From the UHGV virus genome UHGV-0036853: DNA of 64,000 nt; one strand, given 5' to 3'. Made by a program: the position numbers and the translations under genes. The notes below the pieces were generated by a model, which searched no databases, was not told the origin of the DNA, and worked only from the letters and a program-made list of their open reading frames with translations. Below, piece after piece: positions 50,692 to 60,184 of this stretch. The stretch's first letter is position 1. The number at the start of each line of letters is the position of its first letter. The stretch is from a virus.

Positions 50692-51356
50692 ACCAGAGCC
50701 TCACCAGCGTTCTCCATTTCATTACCGGTGTTAATAGCCTGTTCTTTGATGATGTTTTTTATGGTTTCTGCAACACGATCTGACGCATCGAAAGTTACTT
50801 TGAAGCGCATGGTCTGATGTTCCGCACCCACACGTTCGGTTTTCTCCCGTTTGTCGGTATCGACAGGCTCATCACTACCACGAGACAACGCCTCCAGTGC
50901 TTCAAGGTCGATTGCCGCCTCTTTTGCTAAAACCATCGAGATTTCGTCGTCATACGGGGCGATTTCAGACAGTTGATAGTCAAGTTCTGACTGAATTTCT
51001 TCAATGAAGCGTTGCAATGCGATTTGGTCGTCTTCACCGTATCGCTCGTTGTCCACCAGTGACATCTGTTTAGCTACGACATCGCTAATTTTGCCCACAG
51101 AAAGCACTGGAACCGTTGAAATTCCTTGCTCAATAGCGGCACGCCAGCGATGTTCACCGCCGAGGATTTCAAAAAATCCATCTTCAAGTTCACGAGCCAA
51201 AATTGGCTTAAAAAAGCCCAATTTTTCGATAGAACCTTTCAGTTTTTCAAAATTCTGCGCACCAACCGAATTGGTGTTCCAGGTATTCGGGCGAAGGTTG
51301 GCAACATCAACCTGCAAAATCGTGATTTTTACATCCATTTTATTGCTACAATCCAC
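50658..51356 (-). CDS. ParB/Srx-like domain protein
   Basis: ParB N-domain motif ILGGEHRWRAA. Confidence 0.65.
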   Translation of the reverse strand: MDCSNKMDVKITILQVDVANLRPNTWNTNSVGAQNFEKLKGSIEKLGFFKPILARELEDGFFEILGGEHRWRAAIEQGISTVPVLSVGKISDVVAKQMSLVDNERYGEDDQIALQRFIEEIQSELDYQLSEIAPYDDEISMVLAKEAAIDLEALEALSRGSDEPVDTDKREKTERVGAEHQTMRFKVTFDASDRVAETIKNIIKEQAINTGNEMENAGEALVWLVDYYKERM

Positions 51357-51420
51357 TAAGTAATCACTTACTTATTATAATAGCCAAATAACATACAAAA
51401 GGCACTAAGGAAAGAGGTTT

Positions 51421-52980
51421 ATGACTGTTCGGATTGTATCTAACGCAGTAAATGCGCTTATTTCTGGCGCAGATGACAAGGTAAAGCAACTGGTGCAGCA
51501 AATGTTGAGCTACGAAGTCGAGACTGGCGACTGGAAGGGCACAAGCACGATGTTCAACTGGAGTAAAAACTCGTTCCCTGCTGGCTTTGCCAAGCCTGTA
51601 GCGGCGAACTTGAACAAGGCGGGCATCAAATGTGTTCATATCCGCAAAGACAAAGCCCCGGCGCTTGGTAAACCAAATCCGGCGGTTAACCCATTCCCAT
51701 ACAATCCTGATTATGCGTATCAGGATCAGACTGTGGAAACACTGGTTCGAGAGGGAATGATGATTGCGCAGATCGCTACTGGTGGCGGGAAATCTAACGT
51801 TGCCTGCAAAGCAGCTGCACGTATCGGTCGAATGACATTATTTTTAACAACCCGCTCTGTTCTGATGTTTCAAATGGCCGAAAACTTCCAGAGATCCATC
51901 GACTACCGCGCCGAAAATGGCGAACCGTGGTTAAAAGACCAAAAGGTTGGAGTCATTGGCTCGGGTGAGTTCCAGGTATCACGACATATCAACGTCGCTA
52001 CAGTTCAAACTCTTGCAAGTTTCCTCGAAGAACCACCACGCGATGCAACACCAGATAAGAAAAGCTACCACCTCAAACGTCGGGAGTTGGTGAAACGCTT
52101 CCTTTCAAGTGTCTCTCTTCTTATTCTGGAAGAGGCGCATGAGTCTTCAGGCTCAAATTTCTATGACATCGCCAGATTATGTGTGAACGCAGACTATCGT
52201 CTGGCGCTTACAGCCACGCCGTTCATGAAGGATTCGACGGAAGCCAACATGCGCCTGATGGCGGTGGCCGGGCGAATTGAAATTAAAGTCACAGAAAAGT
52301 ACCTGATTGATCGAGGCATTCTGGCAAAGCCGTACTTCCTTTATCATAAAGTTGCCTACAAGCCAGACGAGGCCAGAATCAAGGCCGAACTTGCCAACAA
52401 ACACCTAAATTTTAGAGTAGGTATGAGCACTGCCTACCAAAAGGCTTATCAGCTGGGCATCGTGTATAATTTGGGACGTAACGAGGCCATAGTACGAGAT
52501 GCATTGCTCTATAAGCAACATTCTCTCAATTGTATGACTCTGGTTCGTCTTAAACGCCACGGGCAAATCCTGATGGAAATGATGAAAGAGTCCGGCCTTA
52601 GAGTTGACTTCATCTATGGGGAATCTAACCAGGCCACAAGGCAAGCAAAGCTGAACAGTTTAGCGTCTGGAGAAATAGATGTTTTAATAGGCTCGACTAT
52701 TCTGGATGTCGGTGTTGATGTGCCAAGCGTTGGCGCGGTCATTCTTGCTGGTGGTGGGAAAGCAGAAGTTGAAATGAGGCAGCGTGTCGGTCGTGGCTTA
52801 CGAGCCAAGAAGAATCAGGCAAACGTATGTTTTATCACTGATTTTATTGACATTAGCAACAAATATCTGTTGTCTCACTCTTATGAGCGAAAACACATCA
52901 TCGACACCACACCTGGCTTTGCAGAAGGTGTATTGCCTATTGATGGCGCATTCGATTTTGGAGTTCTGAAACGAGATTAG
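51421..52980 (+). CDS. SF2 (DEAD/DEAH-like) helicase
   Basis: Walker A ATGGGKS, motif II LILEEAH, C-terminal helicase domain. Confidence 0.75.
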   Translation: MTVRIVSNAVNALISGADDKVKQLVQQMLSYEVETGDWKGTSTMFNWSKNSFPAGFAKPVAANLNKAGIKCVHIRKDKAPALGKPNPAVNPFPYNPDYAYQDQTVETLVREGMMIAQIATGGGKSNVACKAAARIGRMTLFLTTRSVLMFQMAENFQRSIDYRAENGEPWLKDQKVGVIGSGEFQVSRHINVATVQTLASFLEEPPRDATPDKKSYHLKRRELVKRFLSSVSLLILEEAHESSGSNFYDIARLCVNADYRLALTATPFMKDSTEANMRLMAVAGRIEIKVTEKYLIDRGILAKPYFLYHKVAYKPDEARIKAELANKHLNFRVGMSTAYQKAYQLGIVYNLGRNEAIVRDALLYKQHSLNCMTLVRLKRHGQILMEMMKESGLRVDFIYGESNQATRQAKLNSLASGEIDVLIGSTILDVGVDVPSVGAVILAGGGKAEVEMRQRVGRGLRAKKNQANVCFITDFIDISNKYLLSHSYERKHIIDTTPGFAEGVLPIDGAFDFGVLKRD

Positions 52981-52982
52981 TT

Positions 52983-53261
52983 ATGAGCGAAAAGAAAACA
53001 ACTTATTGTCAGGTGGCATTGTCTGATAAGGCCAATGACAAACTTGGAAAGTTTCAAATGAAACTAAAAGAAAAAAACATCAAAATGTCTAAGGCTGAAG
53101 TTATCAATACCATCCTAGAGGCGATGACGATGGCTGAGTTTGATAAAGTTTCCTCTGCCGTTGGAGTCTCTGCTAAGGCTCGTGAGAAAATCATGCGCAT
53201 CTATGAAAACTCTAATATGACAAAGGAAGACCTAGAACAAATTCTAAGCAAACTGCCATAA
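52983..53261 (+). CDS. small hypothetical protein coupled to helicase gene
   Basis: ORF. Confidence 0.4.
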   Translation: MSEKKTTYCQVALSDKANDKLGKFQMKLKEKNIKMSKAEVINTILEAMTMAEFDKVSSAVGVSAKAREKIMRIYENSNMTKEDLEQILSKLP

Positions 53262-53515
53262 CATTTCGCATTCCCTCCATCCGCCAATTCCAAGATGTGC
53301 TTACTTGTAAAAGGAGCACATCAATTGATGCGGCCTAGAGAATGAATTTAATCAAGACAAACATTGAATGATTAATAGACTACGATAGTGTCCAACAGGG
53401 CATTCTCATGTGACATTTGTCACATTTTTAACCGCATAAGTCTCCGGCTGAAAAAAGTTCTTGATTGGCTGAATGATATTTGTAGGCTTATCAATGTTTA
53501 TAGCCGGAGGTGTGA

Positions 53516-54058
53516 ATGGGTGTACTTGACATTGATAGTAATTACTTAAGTGCAAGGCGAATAAAGGAATGTGTTCATATCTATTGTAAATCAAAGCAGT
53601 CTTGTTTAGAAAAGCAGGCGTACCTAACATCTTCTCAAAAAGGAGAGCACAAACTCATCAAATATAAACTAAAGGCTTCGCGCAAAGATCGTTATGAGCA
53701 CTATATATACGTAAAGGATATTGAAGGTACCAAGACAAATTGCGGTATTATCTTTTATCCCTATGATATATCAAGACTGTTCTCCATTATGAAATCCTGT
53801 GTCGGCGTAGCTCCAGGTAAATTAGAGTTGCATTCAAACTTATACGATTACCCAAATGCTCAAAAACTGATAAACGATAGCACTTCGTCCTATGGATTTT
53901 CGTTTCTCTTTAAGAATCATCTCGCATTGAAAGATTTCATCGAAAAATACAATGAAGGAATAATATCAGGCGAATTAAATTTCAACAAAATCTGCGGAGA
54001 TATAAAAAGGGACGACCTCTTAATAGATATTTACAACAGAACCCAAGTTAACGTGTAA
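53516..54058 (+). CDS. hypothetical protein (AT-rich island)
   Basis: ORF, low GC. Confidence 0.45.
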   Translation: MGVLDIDSNYLSARRIKECVHIYCKSKQSCLEKQAYLTSSQKGEHKLIKYKLKASRKDRYEHYIYVKDIEGTKTNCGIIFYPYDISRLFSIMKSCVGVAPGKLELHSNLYDYPNAQKLINDSTSSYGFSFLFKNHLALKDFIEKYNEGIISGELNFNKICGDIKRDDLLIDIYNRTQVNV

Positions 54059-54085
54059 CCATCCATTAATCATAGCCAGACAAAT

Positions 54086-54505
54086 ATGAAAGTAACAAAC
54101 CTAATTATTTTAACACTAGCCACATCACTAATTGGGTGTTCATCTTCATCTATATCTGTTTCAAAGGCAAAGTATGCACCTCAAAGCAGAATATTTAAAT
54201 ATCAAACACCACATGAGTCTAGTCTAACAATAGTTAGAGACAAAGGGCTGGTTGGTTCTGGATGTAACGCTTCCATATTCATCAATGGAGAAACGGCAGC
54301 AAAATTGGAACCTGGTGAAAAAGCAACTTTCTATCTTAATGAAGGAGATTGGATCGTTGGGACATCAATTGAAAGTTCAGGTCTTTGCGCATTTAACCCC
54401 TCTAGGATGGAGCGAGAAATAAAACTAAAGCAAGGCGACGCGAAAACATATCGGGTTTTCACTACCTGGGATGGTACAATGGATATATTGCCAACCACTT
54501 TATAA
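54086..54505 (+). CDS. lipoprotein (AT-rich island)
   Basis: lipobox LIGC. Confidence 0.5.
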   Translation: MKVTNLIILTLATSLIGCSSSSISVSKAKYAPQSRIFKYQTPHESSLTIVRDKGLVGSGCNASIFINGETAAKLEPGEKATFYLNEGDWIVGTSIESSGLCAFNPSRMEREIKLKQGDAKTYRVFTTWDGTMDILPTTL

Positions 54506-54509
54506 TGAT

Positions 54510-55034
54510 ATGACGACGAAAGACATCACCTACGGTGTGCCAGCAGAAGTCTGGCCTCGAGATTACACTAACGTTGAAAAACTACTGATGTTCTGGCGCA
54601 GAGAACAAATTCCTGTAAGGGCCACTCTCGAAGATGGTCAGGCGTTTTGCATGTACGTTTATGGCCTCATGCCATCTCGTAACAAAGTTGACCTTTGCCC
54701 AGCCCCTTTTGACAAAGAAAATCGTATAAGGCTCCCAATTGAACGCATTAGTACAATTGAATCAGGTGTGGTTGACAGTATCGCTCACGATTTCAAAGGT
54801 CGACTAACAGTTCACCCTGATTATGTCGATAATCGGCCATCACGCCGCGATTTTTTTGCAATTTGCAACCAAGCCTACAAAGCAAACAAATCTATAAGGG
54901 TGTACATGGCGGATGGCCGTGAAATTGAGGGGGTGTCAGCAGGCGCAGATGCTTGTCAGGTTACACTACGTGTCGAGAACGGTAGAAAAATAGTTGTTTT
55001 GTTCGATTGGGTTGAACGAATTTTGCCTTTTTGA
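54510..55034 (+). CDS. hypothetical protein (AT-rich island)
   Basis: ORF; start moved to ATG after upstream stop. Confidence 0.45.
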   Translation: MTTKDITYGVPAEVWPRDYTNVEKLLMFWRREQIPVRATLEDGQAFCMYVYGLMPSRNKVDLCPAPFDKENRIRLPIERISTIESGVVDSIAHDFKGRLTVHPDYVDNRPSRRDFFAICNQAYKANKSIRVYMADGREIEGVSAGADACQVTLRVENGRKIVVLFDWVERILPF

Positions 55035-55037
55035 GTT

Positions 55038-55346
55038 ATGAAATCGATATTGTTACCACCATTATTTTTACTTTGCTCAGTTGCGGCAAATGCAATGGAC
55101 TATAAGCCTGTCATTCAGTCGCTGATGAATGACGTGTGCTCAACGTCTCAGAATGTATCAGTTTGCATGTATCAATTTTCGGCAGCCGTAAAAGCAGGAA
55201 AAGCGATAGGTGAGAATGTGGAACTGTGTAAGAAAGTGGCAAATGAAGAACGAGCAATGTTGGATTGCGAATCTAGCGAGTCATCGGCACAGTTCGTTGA
55301 TGCGCTATTTGACACCAATCGTAAGGCTGTAGAGTCTGTCCAATAA
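55038..55346 (+). CDS. small secreted Cys-containing protein
   Basis: signal peptide ending ANA. Confidence 0.5.
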   Translation: MKSILLPPLFLLCSVAANAMDYKPVIQSLMNDVCSTSQNVSVCMYQFSAAVKAGKAIGENVELCKKVANEERAMLDCESSESSAQFVDALFDTNRKAVESVQ

Positions 55347-55536
55347 ATCTATAAGGTTAATAACCGGCTAAGTCCGGTTATTATTTTTCACATCACTTCT
55401 TTATATCTATAAATCAAATAATCTAAATATATATAAGGTCGAAAGCCGTAATCGATTATTTATTTAGGGAACACCTTCGACGATCTCGCTTTTATTTCTA
55501 GGACTTTCATCCCTGCAAAAAATTTTAAAAAAACAC

Positions 55537-55564
55537 TTGCAATCTTTTTTCGCGTATCGATAAT
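55537..55564 (+). promoter_or_regulatory. sigma70-like promoter for 55630 gene
   Basis: TTGCAA, 16-bp spacer, GATAAT; strong RBS AAGGA before ATG. Confidence 0.5.
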
Positions 55565-55629
55565 TGAACTCGTCGAAAGCGAAGACGCTAACGACAATAA
55601 ATTTTAAATTTACATAAGGAAAAATTATC

Positions 55630-56280
55630 ATGGCTAACATTATCATTTCTAAAAAATCCATCATTGAAGCTGCTTCCATTGTATCCGATGAACTGCGCGA
55701 AAAAGCAGATCTGGCAACTCAAACATATAACGAACATTATAAAAATGGTACGCACACTAAAGCAGACAAAGCAAATATGCAAGCTGCGACCACTAAACTT
55801 GCTTACTTCATCAACAACGTCGTAAACGCAGTAGAAGACGAAAAATTATGCTCTGTTTTCTACTATGCGATTAAAGCAAGCAAACAAGCGCCAGAAGTAT
55901 TTTTCCGTGATGCAATGACTAATAGTTATTCACTGGAAAAACTGGTTTATCTGGTTAAATCCATTAAAGCTGGTAAATGCGTTTATTCCGTCGCTGATAT
56001 GTCAGGATCTCGTGTATTCGCTTTAATCGATATGATTAACGACGAGATCGACACGTTCACTAATGGCGCTGTTTTCGATTTAATGAATGAAGCTAAAAAA
56101 GCGTGCGAAATTAAATTGGACGCTGGCTATACTCAAGCCAACCAGTTGATCAATCTTTGCGAACGTCTCGGACTTGTTGAGAAAGTCAAAGGAGCTGGGA
56201 GCGCAAAAGCTGGTACTCAGCAATATCGCTTCATTAAAAATGATTTCTACAATTATTTAGCTGATGCTTTCAAAGCGTAA
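55630..56280 (+). CDS. hypothetical protein with own strong promoter
   Basis: 216-aa ORF. Confidence 0.55.
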   Translation: MANIIISKKSIIEAASIVSDELREKADLATQTYNEHYKNGTHTKADKANMQAATTKLAYFINNVVNAVEDEKLCSVFYYAIKASKQAPEVFFRDAMTNSYSLEKLVYLVKSIKAGKCVYSVADMSGSRVFALIDMINDEIDTFTNGAVFDLMNEAKKACEIKLDAGYTQANQLINLCERLGLVEKVKGAGSAKAGTQQYRFIKNDFYNYLADAFKA

Positions 56281-56292
56281 TTAATGGAATCA

Positions 56293-56311
56293 AGCGCCCA
56301 CTATGGGCGCT
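56293..56311 (+). terminator. hairpin, copy 1 of two identical ones
   Basis: agcgcccactatgggcgct. Confidence 0.5.
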
Positions 56312-56328
56312 TTAAAGGAGCTTTAAAA

Positions 56329-56532
56329 ATGGTCAGCTATGACAAGATCCGCGCAGAATATCGCGCAAAGTATCGCGCTTATAAACTGGAATTAATCGAT
56401 GATTTGATCGCGCAACGCGACCAATTAAATTTTACGTTTTCTGATTTGCTTAACAGCAAGCGAGATTGCAAGCGCAAACGTGAATACTTACGTTTAAGCA
56501 CATTAATCGGAAAACTTCAAAATTCTATTTAA
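56329..56532 (+). CDS. small hypothetical protein
   Basis: start after AAAGGAG. Confidence 0.45.
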   Translation: MVSYDKIRAEYRAKYRAYKLELIDDLIAQRDQLNFTFSDLLNSKRDCKRKREYLRLSTLIGKLQNSI

Positions 56533-56553
56533 TTTTTTTTAAGGAGCTTAATC

Positions 56554-56784
56554 ATGTTTGTTCTTATCGCTGGCGTTAACGTCCATAATGAATATTATGT
56601 TAATCGCATCGCTGGGATCGCTGGTTACGCTGGGCGCTCAGTCGAGCTTATAGATGAAACGACGCGCAAAATTGACTTATTGAGCGACCAGGAGCGAAAA
56701 AAAGCAGACGTGAACGACGCTGATATATTTTTAATGTTAAAAGCGTTTGTAGAAATGGGATTTGAAATCAGTTTACATAAATAA
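56554..56784 (+). CDS. small hypothetical protein
   Basis: RBS AAGGAG. Confidence 0.45.
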   Translation: MFVLIAGVNVHNEYYVNRIAGIAGYAGRSVELIDETTRKIDLLSDQERKKADVNDADIFLMLKAFVEMGFEISLHK

Positions 56785-56788
56785 AATC

Positions 56789-56815
56789 GAGCGCCCACTA
56801 TGGGCGCTTTTTTCG
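56789..56815 (+). terminator. intrinsic terminator, copy 2 of identical hairpin
   Basis: agcgcccactatgggcgct followed by TTTTTT. Confidence 0.65.
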
Positions 56816-57400
56816 TTTCCAATACTTCCACCATAACGCGCCATCATTGGCGCGTTTTTTATTGTCTTTGACTCACTCCAACAACATAAAAATAAGCGCC
56901 AAAATAACGCCATAGACGCGCTTTTATATCCTTGCCAGTACATACCCATTACTTAACGCATTAACGCGCTTAAAACGCGTTATATTGCGCTATAACGTAT
57001 GGCTAATCATTAATTTTTATTCTTGCTATGTGATCCGCGTTTATTTGTCGGCGCGGATCGGCATTTTGTGTTGTTCTGTGTCCGCTCGCGTATTATGTGC
57101 GCGTGATTTTTCACATAATCACACCACTTAATCACGTATGTGATTACGCTACGAAAGAAATCTGGATGTCTCAGGCGACGAAAGTCATCATGATTTTCCC
57201 CGCTCGCCTGTCCGACAACCGCTGGTTGGATTCCACCAGCTTCCCGATGTTTTTTCTACATAAAGGCGAATGCAGCCGTTTCCCGAAAAAATCCTGGCCG
57301 TTTCCCGTCGGCTCATGAATACGTTCCTCGCCGTTTCTGAAAATTTCCCTGCGGCAGCTGGTGGCTATAGAGAAAGGGCCGTTTCTGGCCCTCTTCTCAG

Positions 57401-57883
57401 TTACACGCCATCAAGGATGTGGATGCGGTTGCTTGTGTATACATTCAACATAAAGTTAGCGCAAAACAGTTTCCATGTATCAACGCCAGCGGTATACGTA
57501 ATGTTTTTGCATTTAATTGCATTGTTGGCGATCCGCATCCCCTGCGATACTGCTTCATCGTCGGAAAATTTGAACGACGATTGAGTTTTAATCCAGACAG
57601 AAATCTGCGTAGCGAACTCAATCAGCTTGGACTGGCAGAATCGCCCGGAGCGCACCGGAAAGACGAACGTTCCGAATCCAGAATTTACCACATACGCTTT
57701 CTCAAATACCCGCGAGTAACGACGATTGCCAATGATGTCGCGTGCAATAATGCATTTTTCTTGTGCTGACAGTTCTACCGTCTCATTGTCGCGCCATGCA
57801 CCAAGTACTCGTTTTTCAATGTCAGAGAACGTTACAGCGATATTGCCATGTGCGGGTGCGTTTACAGTAGCGATAAAATTCAT
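57401..57883 (-). CDS. hypothetical protein
   Basis: ORF with conserved upstream motif. Confidence 0.5.
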   Translation of the reverse strand: MNFIATVNAPAHGNIAVTFSDIEKRVLGAWRDNETVELSAQEKCIIARDIIGNRRYSRVFEKAYVVNSGFGTFVFPVRSGRFCQSKLIEFATQISVWIKTQSSFKFSDDEAVSQGMRIANNAIKCKNITYTAGVDTWKLFCANFMLNVYTSNRIHILDGV

Positions 57884-57900
57884 GATTAATTCCTTATAGT

Positions 57901-57950
57901 AAATAACAAATTGTTTTCTTGTTGGTGTTAATTATCGTTGTACGAATAAG
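57901..57950 (-). promoter_or_regulatory. motif family 2 copy
   Basis: aaataacaaattgttttcttgttggtgttaattatcg. Confidence 0.5.
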
Positions 57951-58087
57951 GCGTCAAAGTGGAAAGTTGCGGTAGCCGGACGGGAACAGGTGGGTTTGTC
58001 GGTTGCCTGGAGGTAAGAGGTTGGTGTTTTTAGCCTGCGGGAAACAGGATGGTCATTTAAGGCCACCAGCATTGGTGACCTTATTCT

Positions 58088-58369
58088 TCAGTGGAGCAGA
58101 CCGATGTCGATGGTATCCCCTGAATCATCCACACGGATCATCAGCATGGCGAAGGCGTTTAGTGGATAGCTTGCGTGCCATTCAGGGAAGCGGTCATCTC
58201 GCATGAAGTCGGCAATGTCGTAAACGATGCCCTCAAAGTGAAAGAATCTCGTGCTTACCTGCTCGTCATATTCCACATGATCCATTTCTTGCTGTTCTGT
58301 TTCCGGCAAGTCCAGCCATGATTCGAGTAATACATTTTGTGCTTTGGTGGTAATGGTGAAATCAGTCAT
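58088..58369 (-). CDS. small acidic protein
   Basis: start moved to ATG 58369 behind AGGA; the track N-terminus would overlap the upstream motif. Confidence 0.45.
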   Translation of the reverse strand: MTDFTITTKAQNVLLESWLDLPETEQQEMDHVEYDEQVSTRFFHFEGIVYDIADFMRDDRFPEWHASYPLNAFAMLMIRVDDSGDTIDIGLLH

Positions 58370-58388
58370 GAGCATATCCTCACTGCGT

Positions 58389-58440
58389 AAACATGTTGTT
58401 TTCTTGTTGGTGTAATTATCGCAGTGTAGATAAGGCATAA
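58389..58440 (-). promoter_or_regulatory. motif family 2 copy
   Basis: aaacatgttgttttcttgttggtgtaattatcg. Confidence 0.5.
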
Positions 58441-58704
58441 AAGAAGTTAATACAGGCTGAATACACAAGAAAGGTTCTCGAAGTTGATAGCCAGGTTTCA
58501 AACTAACCTTCGGTTATTAAAAGTCATTTAAGACCACCAATGCTGGTGGCCTTAATAATTATCGCCCGATTACGCTAAGGATCTTTTCCTCAACTGATTT
58601 GTTGTTGCGACTAAACTGCCTTGCGTATCTAATGACAGAAGAGGCGTTTCGCTTTCTGACCATTTCGGCTCTTTCCTTCAGGCGTTTCTTGAAATCGCCC
58701 ATAT

Positions 58705-59079
58705 TTACCACCAGGCGCAGAACGTCAGTCTGTTATTGTGAAAGTCGTGGTTCCTGATCAGGTCTTCCACAAGTTTTTTCAGCTTGTCCACGTCATGCCA
58801 GTAACCTTCATCGTACTCCTGACTGCCGAAGAAAAAACCTTCCCGGGTAGGCAAGTACTCTTCGCAATTACTTTCGTTTATGTGCATCAAATGAGCCTTC
58901 AGAAAACAAATGTCATTCATCGTTAATTCTAAAAGCTCACAATTTTCGACTTCACCTACGTTGCGCTCCATCCACCCAACGAGCGCATTGAACTTACGGA
59001 AGTAAGCAACCCGCTTTCTGGATGCCTCATTATTCAGATCGTTTTTTGGCTGCGTCTCAATGTAAATATCAAGCCCCAT
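58705..59079 (-). CDS. hypothetical protein
   Basis: start at ATG 59079 behind AAGGAA. Confidence 0.45.
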   Translation of the reverse strand: MGLDIYIETQPKNDLNNEASRKRVAYFRKFNALVGWMERNVGEVENCELLELTMNDICFLKAHLMHINESNCEEYLPTREGFFFGSQEYDEGYWHDVDKLKKLVEDLIRNHDFHNNRLTFCAWW

Positions 59080-59125
59080 GATGGTTTCCTTATTAAGTTG
59101 CTTCAGTGAAATCATTTTCACAAAT

Positions 59126-59160
59126 CAGATAAGGCAGAAAACAAATTGTTATCGGGTATA
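59126..59160. promoter_or_regulatory. motif family 2 copy, apparent opposite orientation
   Basis: agataaggcagaaaacaaattgttatcgg. Confidence 0.4.
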
Positions 59161-59164
59161 AGAA

Positions 59165-59187
59165 AATGGCGCGGTTTACGCGCCATT
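59165..59187 (-). terminator. intrinsic terminator
   Basis: ggcgcg..cgcgcc hairpin downstream of 59197 gene. Confidence 0.5.
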
Positions 59188-59196
59188 TAAAGAGGA

Positions 59197-59592
59197 TTAA
59201 GCGAATACGCTTTCAGGGATTAAGGTGTCAGCAGGAATGCCGGAGGTAATACGCAGACCGTACTGACCAATCCAGGTGGTGCTGGTGTTCAGGCTGGAGG
59301 TGAATACGGAATTAACCATATTCATCATGGTTTCAAACACCTCTTCATCAACCTGGCGGAAGTAGTTCTCGATTTTCAGCAGCAGCGGGTCAGTTGCATC
59401 GAGAATGGACTGGTATTGAGTCGCGTACTCGCCGCCGGAGGCATCACCTTTACGCACGATCGTACTGGCCTGTACTTCGGCACCAGTTTCGGTGTTGTAC
59501 GTAACAACGGTGATTTTTGCCACATTCTTACCTTCGGCGGTTTCAGAGGCATAGTAAACATCAACTGTCAGTTTTTCGCGTTTAACGGTCAT
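59197..59592 (-). CDS. hypothetical protein
   Basis: ORF. Confidence 0.45.
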   Translation of the reverse strand: MTVKREKLTVDVYYASETAEGKNVAKITVVTYNTETGAEVQASTIVRKGDASGGEYATQYQSILDATDPLLLKIENYFRQVDEEVFETMMNMVNSVFTSSLNTSTTWIGQYGLRITSGIPADTLIPESVFA

Positions 59593-59656
59593 TTCACTCT
59601 CCGTAGTGTCTTGGTTATTTTTCTATTTTATAGTCGTAGGTATGTACTTACAATAC

Positions 59657-59684
59657 AAAAAAGCCCCGTAATGATGGCGGGGCT
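59657..59684 (-). terminator. intrinsic terminator
   Basis: agccccgccatcattacggggct followed by TTTTTT on minus strand. Confidence 0.65.
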
Positions 59685-59718
59685 GTCGTACTGTCGACTA
59701 ATTACCACTTGCACATTA

Positions 59719-60030
59719 TCAGGCTATTGCCATCACTGATGCTCTCTGAATTTCTTGCTGGGCCACGCGGTTAACTTCCATCAAAGCCAGTTCGAGCTGA
59801 TGTTCCGGCCACATTCTTTGAAATGCCACCCAGCCTTTTCCACGCTGGCGACGAACATTCATTACATAACGAGTAAAGGTGTTTTTATCGAAAGACACCG
59901 CTGTTTCACGGAACAGACGAATAGAGGTTCCATTGGCAACGATGTCCAGCAAAGTTAATTGAGCAACCAGCGCAGGCTTCTCTTTTCTCTTCTGGTCTTT
60001 GTCCAGACCAAGAACCAATGATTTTTTCAT
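59719..60030 (-). CDS. small basic hypothetical protein
   Basis: start at ATG 60030 behind GGAG. Confidence 0.45.
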   Translation of the reverse strand: MKKSLVLGLDKDQKRKEKPALVAQLTLLDIVANGTSIRLFRETAVSFDKNTFTRYVMNVRRQRGKGWVAFQRMWPEHQLELALMEVNRVAQQEIQRASVMAIA

Positions 60031-60040
60031 CACAACTCCG

Positions 60041-60080
60041 TAAACAACTTGTTTTCTCAATGGCGTAAATAATACCAGTG
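60041..60080 (-). promoter_or_regulatory. motif family 2 copy
   Basis: taaacaacttgttttctcaatggcgtaaataata. Confidence 0.5.
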
Positions 60081-60184
60081 AGAAAACGGCTACAAAGCAT
60101 ATTGATCAGGTACATGAGCGATATGCAGGTTCTTCCCTGCGGCTACAGATGAAGTTAAGCCAGCATTGCTGGCTTTGGTTGGGT

